From the NCBI GenBank assembly GCA_964234715.1, contig OZ174276.1: a stretch of DNA of 64,000 nt; one strand, written 5' to 3'. Source of the stretch: Podarcis melisellensis. Its lineage: Eukaryota. Below, in pieces: positions 38,026-48,800 of this stretch; the stretch's first letter is position 1, and the number at the start of each line of letters is the position of its first letter. The notes below the pieces were generated by a model. That model saw only the letters and a list, made by a program, of their open reading frames with translations, did no database searches and was not told the DNA's origin. The position numbers and the translations under genes were made by a program.

Positions 38026-40926
38026 GGAGTGTCAAGTAGGACTGGTGGAGGGAATTGTGTTACTGGTGTTTGTGTGAATGCCCTCGGGAAATGATCATTG
38101 AATGAGAAAGTTTCCATGATCCGATGCAATTATATACACCCCAAAAGTGAAGAAGATACATAGGGAGTAGGGAGACTTAACACTGGCTGCAAAGTTCTAA
38201 TTCATGGAGTTTAACACTATATACTCACGTCGCCAGTCATATGCATTATACACCTCTACACACATGTTTTACAGGTCTAGATAAGACCTGAGTGGCAAAC
38301 TTGCATGCACAGGCCGGGGGTGGGGGCACATTCAGTGACAACACATCAACAGTACCGCTCCGCATATGTCAGACCACTTACTCATCTGCATGGCAGCAGA
38401 GCATCTCAAATCTATCATATGGATCCAGCTTTACATGATCACAACCTGCCTCTTGCATGAAATGCAAGCAAAAAAATTCTATCAAGGGAGGAAAGAGAAA
38501 CTGGGTTTAGAAGGTTAAAGGATTGGAATGAGGTTTCTCTGACGTTTTCCCCCCAGCTTCCTATTTTGTTCCCAGTGGAAACCGAAGAAGGTGACGGAAG
38601 TGCATTTCGGCTGCTGTCGCTCCCTTGGGAGCACAGAAGAGAACAGCCAGGAGACTCTCATCCCCCACAAACACTTCAATATGAAATCCTACTTATACTG
38701 CACTACACTTTCCTTTGCCCTGATAAGCAGCCCACACATAAATAAGTAGTTTGTGGTTAGCTTCAGAACCTGTGCTAAAGTGCATAGATGCCCACAAATG
38801 TCAATACTTGCACAGTAGCCCTTCTACGCTTCACTCCATCTCCCATCCTCCCTGACCATTAGCCATGCTGGCTGGGGCTGATGGAGTTGTGGTCAAAAAC
38901 ATCTGGGGTACAAGGAGCTATGATGCTGAACTGCACAGTGATCGTGGATAGCAGAAGGGCTTTTTACCTGCCCACACTTCGGCTTTTCTCTTTGTACACT
39001 AATGACATTGTAGGGCACAACCAACCGCCGGCAGCAGGAGGGTCCAAACCAGGCTCTCCCATTTTCCATCAAAAAAACACTGTCCCTTTGATTGTACTTT
39101 GATTGCACTTTACTTTGATGCTTCTTGACTGATTTGTTACAGCAGTTTCATGTAATGGCTATTTGGTTTGTCTCCTTGAACATGGAGGTGGAAAGACAGG
39201 ATAGGAATCTAATAAATACGTAAATATCAAGAGAGTTTCAGAAACAGGCATAGACATAATCAGACCACAAAGACTGACCTAACGCAGCACCTGGCTGCTA
39301 CTGCAAATTCCTGAGTATGTAAGCCACCACTGGGGAGGAGAACAAAACTATCATATTCACAATTCTAAAAGAACATTTCAGTGTCCCAAAATATCCCTGT
39401 TCAACCATAAGGAACCTGAGCTCCCAGTAAAGACAGTGTGGAGCTTCTTTGCTCAGCACACGACCCTTTACATCAGCATCACTATTGTTCCCTTGTGTTC
39501 TGCATCAGCATTTGCCAGCCTGGTGCTTTGCAGATGTTTCACACTACAACTCCCATCAGCCCTCAGGCTGGCTGGGGCTGATGGGAGGTGTAGTCCAAGA
39601 CATATGGAGGACATCCGATTGGAAAAGGCTGTTCCAGAGGAATGGTAATCCCCTCTCTTCCTTGGTCCTATGCTGAAAATAAGGGGGGCAAAACAAAATC
39701 AGCGTTCTACACCCCGAGCCCTTCGAGCATTCTATTTTTAGTCGAAAGCTGGGATATAAATTATCTTAAAATATATATATAAGTAAATAACAACGTTCTC
39801 CTCCCCATCCTACCAGGAGTGTAAAATAAAACTGTGTTAACTTGCATGTACTGAGGTTTGCCTGTATTGTAGGATTTATTCGATTTAGTAACTATCACGA
39901 ATATCTTCAGCATGGAACACAGAGCCATGAACAAGAACCTAATGTACAAAACTGTCCTGCACTTTTTGCTTTTCTTGTAACGTTCTTGAATATTTTCAAA
40001 AGAATGCAAAAAGAACCTTGAATGCAGATCTTGTGGCAGACACAGATCAGGCTTTTAACTGTTCTATATGGACATGAGCCCATATCTGATTAAGTATATG
40101 CAAGAATATGCATGTGAACACAATACTCTTCCAAAAGCAACTGGTCTTCAGCTAAGGCTTACTGTCTTTGGCTGAAGAAGGATGGGATAAATCATCTCAA
40201 AATCCATGAGTTACATATTGCTGCTCCTACTTCTAAGACTCTCCCTTTAGTTAAGTGCTGAGGAGAGTTAGCCCTTCTGATATGGGAGAGTCCCCAACTT
40301 CTAGAAGCCACACTCTACAGCATCATCTTGCGAATGGTCCTCAAGGTGAGCTAGCTAGAATACCTGCGCTGGAGAAATCTAATAGAAGGTCGCAAGGAAA
40401 ATTCTGGACCTTGTGCTCATGCTTAAGGTCAGCCTCTTATGCGCATGAAACATGAGATGGGACAACCAGGTGCACATCATAATATAGGCTTGAGTCCAGA
40501 TGACAGAGACAACTGCCCAGGCTTCCAGTGCCAGAAAGATGCACCCACATATCTGAGAATGGGAGTCTATTGCATGAAGTGGATTGAGTTAACCCGCAAG
40601 ATTCTGACGTTAGGATACTCTGACAACAACCCAAAGGAGGAAGGCCTTAGAAACTGATGCTTTCATTCCTAACTCTAGCCTGTCACAATGCATGTTCTTA
40701 TCAATTTATCTCAAATGACCTTGCACTTTTCAGCGCACACAGCTTGGTATTGGCATTACCAATCAAGCTCTGAGTGAAGTAGCTTCTTGATGGCAACAGA
40801 TTCCCGACAGGCTTCACATTGGTTCCTGGCACCTTCTACCCCAGCTGGAATCAATGGTCACTGTCCGTGGCAAGTTGCTAGCTGGCTGGTGTTACCCTCC
40901 TGCCTCTCGGACTGAGGAAGCACTGC

Positions 40927-40998
40927 TCATGCATTGATGGCGTTTGCAACATCTGTGAACACAAGGCGACTAGGTCTCTGGAGCACCCCTTGATTTGT
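40927..40998 (-). CDS. C3orf18: C3orf18 homolog, last coding exon (TNQGVLQRPSRLVFTDVANAINA*)
   Basis: Matches the human C-terminus QRPSRLVFTDVANAIHA; T-tract + CAG acceptor; TGA at 40927-40929. Confidence 0.93.
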   Translation of the reverse strand, partial: TNQGVLQRPSRLVFTDVANAINA

Positions 40999-42004
40999 CT
41001 GTAACAAAAAAAAAAAAGAAATCGGAAAGAGACGGTGGTGGAAACAGATTTAAGAAGGAATTTGTGTGTACTTTACCCTCATTTGCTTCTCTGGGACCTG
41101 TAAAATGTTGCCCTCATAGGCAATCCTATGACAGAAGTAATAGTGAGCCAGATTCTTAAAGGTCCATGTATCGTAAAAGTAAACACACAACTAATCTCTT
41201 GCTCTCTGGTGGCCTGGGTGGCAGGAAGTGGCTGTCCACAAACAAATGTTGTTAGGGGAATAAAAACGCCAGGTGGGCAGGGAGGGAGAAATGAAGCAAA
41301 AATTGAATGCAGGTGTTGCAACTGCTACTGTCATGGCCCTGGACTTGGAATAGGGGGGAAATCACACTAGGAGAGGCCCCTGCAGTACCCGCCTCGCTGG
41401 AGTGTTGTCAGGAAGGGGCCCCAAGGAGATGGCACTGCCAGGTGGGTAAGGAGGTAGCCTTACCCTCCTCTGACTTTTCAGAACCCCAACTTGGTGGCAC
41501 CCAATCACTACCACCCTATAGCCAGGGGCAGCTCCAAGCCTACCAGAGCCATTTGCTATTTCTAAGCATGTTCCACTTTGGCTTAAAATCCCGCTAAACT
41601 GCCTCAAAAGCTGTTTGTTTGTTTGTTTTAATTATAATATTGCAGAACTGATTTCATCACACTGAACCAGTAGCTCTTAATCTCCTTAGTTATCAATGTG
41701 AATGTGAACAGGTTCTTTGCTGGCATGAACTTGTCGCTCTGATCACAGCCAAGATAAATTTCTCAGAGCTACCAGGATTTCTCTACTGATCTATTACAGG
41801 ATAGGTTCAAGTACAAGAGAAGGGTCTACTCTATTCCATTCCCGCCACCTGCACAGAAACATACCGGATCTTCCTGTTCCCGCTGGCTAAGCTTTTAGAG
41901 AAAATGTGAAGAAAAAACAAACATACATTGTGAGACCAGCTAACGCTTCTCCTTTCCTCTCCTTCTTTATGGAAGCCATGGCTCAGTTCTGGAACTTGTT
42001 TCCA

Positions 42005-42369
42005 TAAAGGTAAAGGTAAAGGTACCCCTGCCTGTACAGGCCAGTCTTGCCAGACTCTAGGGTTGTGCACTCATCTCACTCTATAGGCCGGGAGCCAGCG
42101 CTGTCCGCAGACACTTCCGGGTCACGTGGCCAGCGTGACAAGCTGCATCTGGCGAGCCAGCGCAGCACATGGAAATGCCGTTTACCTTCCCGCTGGTAAG
42201 CGGTCCCTATTTATCTACTTGCACCTGGGGTTGCTTTCAAACTGCTAGGTTGGCAGGCACTGGGACCGAACGACGGGAGCGCACCCCGCCGCGGGGATTC
42301 GAACCGCCGACCTTTCGATCGGCAAGTCCTAGGCGCTGAGGCTTTTACCCACAGCGTCACCCGCGTCCC
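42005..42369 (-). mobile_element. Sauria SINE (distinct subfamily, CpG-rich, young)
   Basis: (AAAGGT)n tail on +; GGGACGCGGGTGACGCTGTGG 5' end on -. Confidence 0.88.
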
Positions 42370-43516
42370 TTTTATTTCTATGCAAAAGCTTAATTCGAAG
42401 CATGCAGAGCAATAGTAAAGATTTCTTCTGAGCATTTGTGAAGCATTTCTCCCTCATCACTTTTTAACACAACATTATTTTTTCAGAACTCTGAGAGTTG
42501 CAGCCAATATAGGTTCCACTCTGTATCATATTGACTTCAATACTTGCTTTACATTAAATGAAGGCAGAAGGTAGGTTAGGATCTAATGGATGATTGCTGG
42601 CTATTTGCAGTAGATTAGCAAGGTTTTAGTATTCTCAAGGGTGAAACAGCAGCAGCAACAACAAAGACTCTTTACTCCCACAAATTTTGTTGCTGCAAAG
42701 TATTTTTTTTATCGGGGGGCAGGAGGGGAACCAGGCATGTATTTTTGAGTGAAAGAACTTACAAGTTTGGTTCTGGTGCTGATCGCAAATTCCTGGGCTG
42801 AGCTTCCAGCCGGCCTGAGTTACTATTTTACACCCAACTGTTATTGGGGAACCTCACAGTGCTAGTAATAATAATAATTTTTAAAAAACCACCACACACC
42901 CCCCCCAAAGGAGATTCTGCAGGCCTGGTCACCCCTGCTTTACATGCATGAGATGCCAGGTTCAATCCCAGAAACTTAAAGAATTTATGTCTGAAGAATT
43001 GTATCTTAAGCCTTGGAGATCCACTGCCAGTCAAGAGCAGGCAATACTGGGTTATGTGAACCAATGGTCTGCAGTATAAAAGCAGTTTCACACATTTAGG
43101 ACAAGGATTATAGGGCCATTACAACTACCATCTAAACAGTTCAGCTGAACAAATGAATCTTCCAGGTGTCTCCTGCATTCAGGTTCCACTCAGTTCATTT
43201 TATTAGCATTAGAGGTTGCAATCCTTTGTGCACTTACTCAAAGCAGCTCCCATTGAAATCAGAAAGTTGTGTGTATGTGCGCACGCACGCACACATATTG
43301 TTGCAATAACTTCAGCTAATCCTTCATAATCACTTACAGAAACCTTTTAATTTTGGCACTAAAATTGATCACAAATTCTAATCCCATATATGTACTTTGA
43401 AAAAGGGGGAAAGAGTCATGGCTTCAGAAGGAAAAGCAGCACAGAAAATCTTCTTCTAACCTGATGTGGGTCTAGCCTGCAGCCATGCAAGCAGAGATGA
43501 TCACAATATCCCTTTA

Positions 43517-43771
<255 letters not shown>

Positions 43772-43908
43772 TCAGCAACCGTTTAGAATTTAAGTACTCT
43801 GAGTGGGGACCACATCACCAAAGTTGCATTAAGGCTGAAATCCTATACGTATGTACTTGGGAGAAAAATCTCATTGAACTCAATGGGACTTATTTCTGAG
43901 GAGGCATG

Positions 43909-44675
43909 TGTCAGGGTTTCTGGGAGAGAGGAGGAGATGACAGAGGAGACGGAGAGCGAGTGGGAGGAGGGGCAGAAGGATGAGGAAGAAGATGACGGAA
44001 TTCTGAGGGAATCCACGAGTCTGAGCAGCGAGTCAGAGGATTCTCAAAAGGGGGTTACCTTAATCAAGCAAAGGGGAGGAGAAGGGAGAAGCGGAGAGGA
44101 GCCCAGTGGAAGACAGAGGAAGCAAGAGACGTCTCAGCCGGAACGGAGTAAAGGGGGTGGAGTCGTCAGCCTCTCGGAGGGAGCAGGATTAGGAGAGAAC
44201 AGAGAGAGGGGGTTGGAGCAGGGTGTTCAGCCGGAAAGGGTGGAGAGCAGAGCAGGGGGTGGTGTAGCGGTCGAAAGAAAGGTCAGCAGCAACGTACGCG
44301 CGCCAAGTTCAAACGTAGAGGCGCGCGGAAGTGGAGAGAGCTCAGGGGAGGAGCCCGGCCCTAAAGCCAGAAAGAGGGGGGAAGAGGCGGCAGAGGATTC
44401 AGCCTCAGGCGAGTCACGGAGAGAGGGAACCCAGGGGGGCAGGAAGACCCTGCGGAAAAGAAAGGAGAGGAAGAGGTGGTCTAGAGCCAGGCTATTAAGT
44501 TGGTGCGGAAGAGGGGAGGAGTCAGAGGGGACTTCAGCGGTCTAACGTGGCAGACGTACGGCCACAATGCTGAACTGTATGAGAAGCAGAAATCTTCAAT
44601 AAACTTTTCCTGTAAATAAGCTGCAACGGAGTGAGGTCTCTTGTGAGCTGGGACCAGTCCTGGGTGGCCGTGACA
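43909..44675 (+). repeat. 5' LTR (767 bp): U3 43909-44523, TATTAA 44493-44498, predicted TSS 44524, AATAAA 44598-44603
   Basis: Direct repeat of 49636-50402 with no differences seen by eye; TG..CA ends. Confidence 0.97.
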
Positions 44676-44677
44676 GT

Positions 44678-44688
44678 AAGTCCCCTCT
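44678..44688 (+). promoter_or_regulatory. Self-priming primer-binding site (AAGTCCCCTCT)
   Basis: Exact reverse complement of AGAGGGGACTT at 44524-44534; no TGG-starting tRNA PBS present. Confidence 0.85.
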
Positions 44689-44735
44689 CAGAAAGCAAAA
44701 ATTTTTTTTTGCGAAGCTCACGAACGGGAGCAGCC

Positions 44736-45812
44736 ATGAGCGCTGAGGAGCAGCTGGTTGCATTGCGGAATCAGGTTACCGCTCTCACATCGGCAGTCAT
44801 TGCTTCGCAGAAGAAGAATGACGACTTGGAGAAGACGTGCCAGGATTTGCAGGCAAGGTGGGAGCGCGCGGACAAGGCGGGGGCCCCAGGATCCAGAGCG
44901 GAGGGCATTGCGCTTGGACGGAGGGGGGGTGCCCTAGTTCCGCATTTTAATGGCAACTTGCAAGACTATCCCAATTTCAGAGCGGACGTTGTATATGCAC
45001 TGCACTTACTCCGTCACGATTTTAAAGATGAGGAGGAGAAAGTGGGGTTCATTGTTTCGCACCTGCATGGGGAGGCCAGGGCTTGGCTACGCAATTTGTG
45101 GCGCGAAGATGGACCGGCCCGTCGCGATTCAACTGCGTTCATCAAAGCGATGGATTCTTGTTTTCAATCCTCTGTGGATGTGGACATTGCGCGCCGTCAA
45201 ATGCACGGGCTGAGGCAGGGGAAAGCGACTGTGCGCCAATACCACTCTAAGTTTTTTGCATTGCTCACCGCCTTAGATTGGCCAAAGGACAGTAAGCCGG
45301 TCAGAGATCTTTTTTGGGAGGGATTGAGCCCCCCCATCAAGGATGAGATCGCTAGGGGGGACAGACCCCAGACCCTAGAAGACGTGGTGCACCGGGCTTT
45401 AGCTATTGGAATTCGACATGAGGGGCGTCCGTGGCACGAGGAGGACGGGCCCCAAGCGCGTGCGCAAGCAAGGACTCTCCCTTTTGTGCACAGGGACTTC
45501 AGCCGTGCGCACCCCTCGCCAATGGGGAAGGACAGAGAGGAGCCAATGGAGATTGGTGGTGCTAGGGCTCAGAAGCCATCCCAGAGCCCTGTCCCTGGTG
45601 CAGCCAAGGCGAAGCCTCCTAGAGGAACCAGGAAGTGTTACATCTGTGACAGTGCGCACCATATGGCGAAAGAGTGCCCCCAGAGGCTCCAGAAGCACAC
45701 TGCAGCGCTGGCAACTGTAACAGCAGAGGTGCAACCAGGGGAGCAGCTTCAGGGAAACGACAATGCCTGGCTGGAAGCAGAGCTACTGGGGCTCAGCCAG
45801 GCGGATCTGTAG
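44736..45812 (+). CDS. gag: Gag (358 aa): coiled-coil N-terminus, retrotransposon capsid, EPMEIG motif, CCHC zinc knuckle
   Basis: gccATG Kozak context at 44736; CYICDSAHHMAKEC = CX2CX4HX4C; LRQG and FWEGL capsid motifs. Confidence 0.95.
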   Translation: MSAEEQLVALRNQVTALTSAVIASQKKNDDLEKTCQDLQARWERADKAGAPGSRAEGIALGRRGGALVPHFNGNLQDYPNFRADVVYALHLLRHDFKDEEEKVGFIVSHLHGEARAWLRNLWREDGPARRDSTAFIKAMDSCFQSSVDVDIARRQMHGLRQGKATVRQYHSKFFALLTALDWPKDSKPVRDLFWEGLSPPIKDEIARGDRPQTLEDVVHRALAIGIRHEGRPWHEEDGPQARAQARTLPFVHRDFSRAHPSPMGKDREEPMEIGGARAQKPSQSPVPGAAKAKPPRGTRKCYICDSAHHMAKECPQRLQKHTAALATVTAEVQPGEQLQGNDNAWLEAELLGLSQADL

Positions 45813-45824
45813 ACAAGCCCCCAG
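45752..45824 (+). promoter_or_regulatory. -1 programmed ribosomal frameshift signal (G GGA AAC + H-type pseudoknot)
   Basis: Slippery heptamer 45752-45758 in the gag frame; 6-nt spacer; stem GCCTGGCTG(45765-73)/CAGCCAGGC(45794-802); loop GGGGCT can pair with AGCCCC(45816-21); pol is in the -1 frame. Confidence 0.9.
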
Positions 45825-48800
45825 CATCACTGCAGAGCGTGGACCCTTTGCCTCCCAAACCGGCAGTTCTGCTCACAGCAACACTCCAGTTACCTGATGG
45901 GAGACTCCTCGAGGTTCCAATAACGATCGATTCGGGAAGCAACGCCGACTTCATGGGACTGCAGTTCGTTAAGCAGCACAACATGGCGCTCCTGCCTGCA
46001 ACGACGCCTCTGAACGTGGTCACGGTGGACGGCAGGAAGTTGCTGGGGGGGCAAGTGGTGCAGCAAACCCCTCCCATGATGATGCAGATTGGCAACCATC
46101 GAGAACTTATTAGTTTCAATGTCACCCACTTATCGGACACACCCATCGTGTTAGGCATGAGTTGGCTGGAGAGGCACAGTCCCGCGGTTGCGTGGTACCA
46201 GAGGCAGATCAACTTTTGTTCATCGTATTGTGCTCAGCATTGCTTTCAGACCGATCAGGGAGGAGAAGCTGAGCAGCCATTGCATCTGGGTATGGTGCAA
46301 ACAGTGCCTCACAAGTACCAGGAATTCTTGGAGGTTTTCTGTGAGAAGGAAGCTGACAAGTTGCCGCCTCATAGACCTTACGACTGCGCGATTGATTTAG
46401 TGCCAGGGGCGCAATTGCCTGCTGCCAAGCTGTACTCCATGTCGGAGGACGAAATGCAAGAGCTTCGGGAGTTCATAGACCATAACCTCAAGCGAGGTTT
46501 CATCCAGGAATCTAAAGCAGCGGGAGGCAGCCCTGTTTTCTTTGTGAAGAAGAAGGACACGCCCCAAAAAAGGCTTATAGTGGATTACAGGTTCATCAAC
46601 AGCTTGACTAAGCCCAAAGCTTTCCCCATGCCCAAAATTGACGACCTTTTAGCGACCGTCAGGAGGGGCAAGATTTTCACCAAGCTGGACCTACGTGGAG
46701 CTTACAATCTCATCCGCATCCGGAAAGGAGATGAGTGGAAGACCGCCATGTTCACCCCTCTGGGCACATACGAATACAGAGTCATGCCTTTCGGCCTCCA
46801 AAATGGCAGCCACGTTTTTCAAGCATTTATGCACCACGTGCTAGCAGGTCTCCTCTACAAAAAGTGTGTCTGCTTTCTCGACGATATCCTGATTTTCTCG
46901 GAATCGCCGGAGGATCACGATAAGGACGTGAGGGAGGTCCTGCAGAGGCTGAAGGAACACAGGCTGTATGCCAAGTTGGAAAAGTGCCAGTTTGATGTCA
47001 GAGAGGTTGATTTCCTTGGCTACAAGTTGTCCGACGAGGGACTGGCCATGGACAGGGCTAAGGTTCAAGCGCTGTTGGACTGGAAAAGCCCTCGAAATCG
47101 GAAAGAGGTCCAGAGGTTCATCGGCTTTGCCAATTTTTACCGCAAGTTTATTAAAGGTTTTGCGAACGCGACGGCGGCGATCACTGACACCCTCAGTTCC
47201 AAGAAGAAGAAGTTCGTCTGGACCGAACAAGCGGAGCGGTCCTTCCGGACGCTTAAAGGTCTTTTCGCCTCCGAAGAGCAGCTGCTCCACGTGAATCCCG
47301 GCAGACCCATGCGGGTAGAGACCGATGCGTCAGATAGAGCGGTTGGGGCCGTTCTTTTGCAAGAGGATTCACAAGGCAACTGGCGACCGGGTGCGTTCTA
47401 CTCCCGGAAGCTCAGCAAGACGGAGCGCAATTATACCATATGGGACAGGGAGTTGTTGGCCATTCATGCAGCTTTCAAAGCGTGGCGACACTTCTTAATA
47501 GGAGCCAAGCACACGGTGCAGGTCCGCACGGATCACAAGAACTTAGAGTATTGGCGGACGGCTAAGTTGCAGACCCAGCGACACATGCGCTGGGCGGAGT
47601 TCTTTGCGGACTTCGACTTCAAAATAGAATACATCCCAGGAGACTCCAATGTTATTGCAGACGCGCTGTCCCGAAAGCCGCAATACTTGGAGGAAGCAGC
47701 TCCAATCGCAGCAAAGCACATTTTCGCACCGCAGGCGTGGACGTGCGCTACCATCGCAGTCGACCTGGACGCGGTGCGACGCGCGTTGCAAAGGGATCAG
47801 TTTGCACAGTCTAAGATGGAGGAGCTACGCGGAGGGTCGCGACACAACGATGAGTTTCAATTACAAGATGGACTTTTGACTCGTAAGGGTGCCCTTTACG
47901 TGCCCACCGACGATCTTCGAGCCAAGGTTTTGCAACAGTTGCATGACGCCCCTAGTGCAGGCCATTTCGGCAAAGAGAAGACGATGGAGTTGGTGGCTAG
48001 AGACTTTTGGTGGCCCCAGATGAGAGGAGAGGTGGCGGACTACGTCGCCAGGTGTGATATCTGCCAGAGGTCCAAACCAGTGCACCAGAAGCAGGCGGGA
48101 TTGCTAGAACCGCTGGAGACACCGCAGCAACCGTGGGAGAGGGTAGCGTTGGACTTGGTTACAGACCTGCCCAGCTCCAGAGGTAAGACGGCGGTGTTAG
48201 TGGTGGTGGACTTGTTCACCAAGATGGCGCACTTCATCCCTTGTGCCAAGGTGGCGACGGCAGAACAGACCGCAAAGCTCTTCATCGATCACGTCTTCAG
48301 AGTGCATGGACTTCCGCAGTCCGTCTTGTCCGACAGGGGGCGCCAGTTTGTTTCCACTTTCTGGCGAAAGCTTCTGGGCATCTTGCACGTCAAAATCAAC
48401 CTGACATCGGCGAGGCATCCACAAACCAACGGTCAAGCGGAGAGGGTCAACGCGATCATGCAGCAGTACCTGCGGTGCTACGCCAACCAGCGACCTGCGG
48501 CGTGGGTGGACTATTTGCCGATGGCTGAATTCGCCTACAACAACACGAAACACGCTTCCACCGGGGTGACGCCTTTCTTCGCGAACAATGGCCGTCATCC
48601 CAGAACCTTCCCGAGATTTGCGGCACCAGGAGGGGGGGGGCCTCAAGATGCCGACCAGTTTGCAGCGGAGTTGCAAGAGGTGCACGAGGAGCTGCGGAGA
48701 CATTTGGAGCTGGCAAAACAGGCGTATAAGGTGCAGGCCGATAAGCACAGGAGGGCGGGAGAGGACATCCAGGTTGGGGACTGGGTGTGGTTAGCAGCCC

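Noticed and set aside
41329-41540. Possible third LTR remnant starting TGTCATGG
   Set aside because: No matching 3' end or TSD found; too degraded to call.
43874-44545. 223-aa ORF as an independent gene at the 5' LTR
   Set aside because: It is the 5' LTR copy of the Pol tail. Its TTG/ATG start is borrowed from flanking repeat DNA, and nearly all of it lies upstream of the predicted TSS (44524).
44631-44735. ORF-track N-terminal extension of Gag
   Set aside because: GTG start within U5; the first in-frame ATG, in good Kozak context, is 44736.
45674-45757. ORF-track start of Pol at 45674
   Set aside because: The start codon is GTG inside gag; Pol is better explained by the -1 frameshift at 45752-45758.
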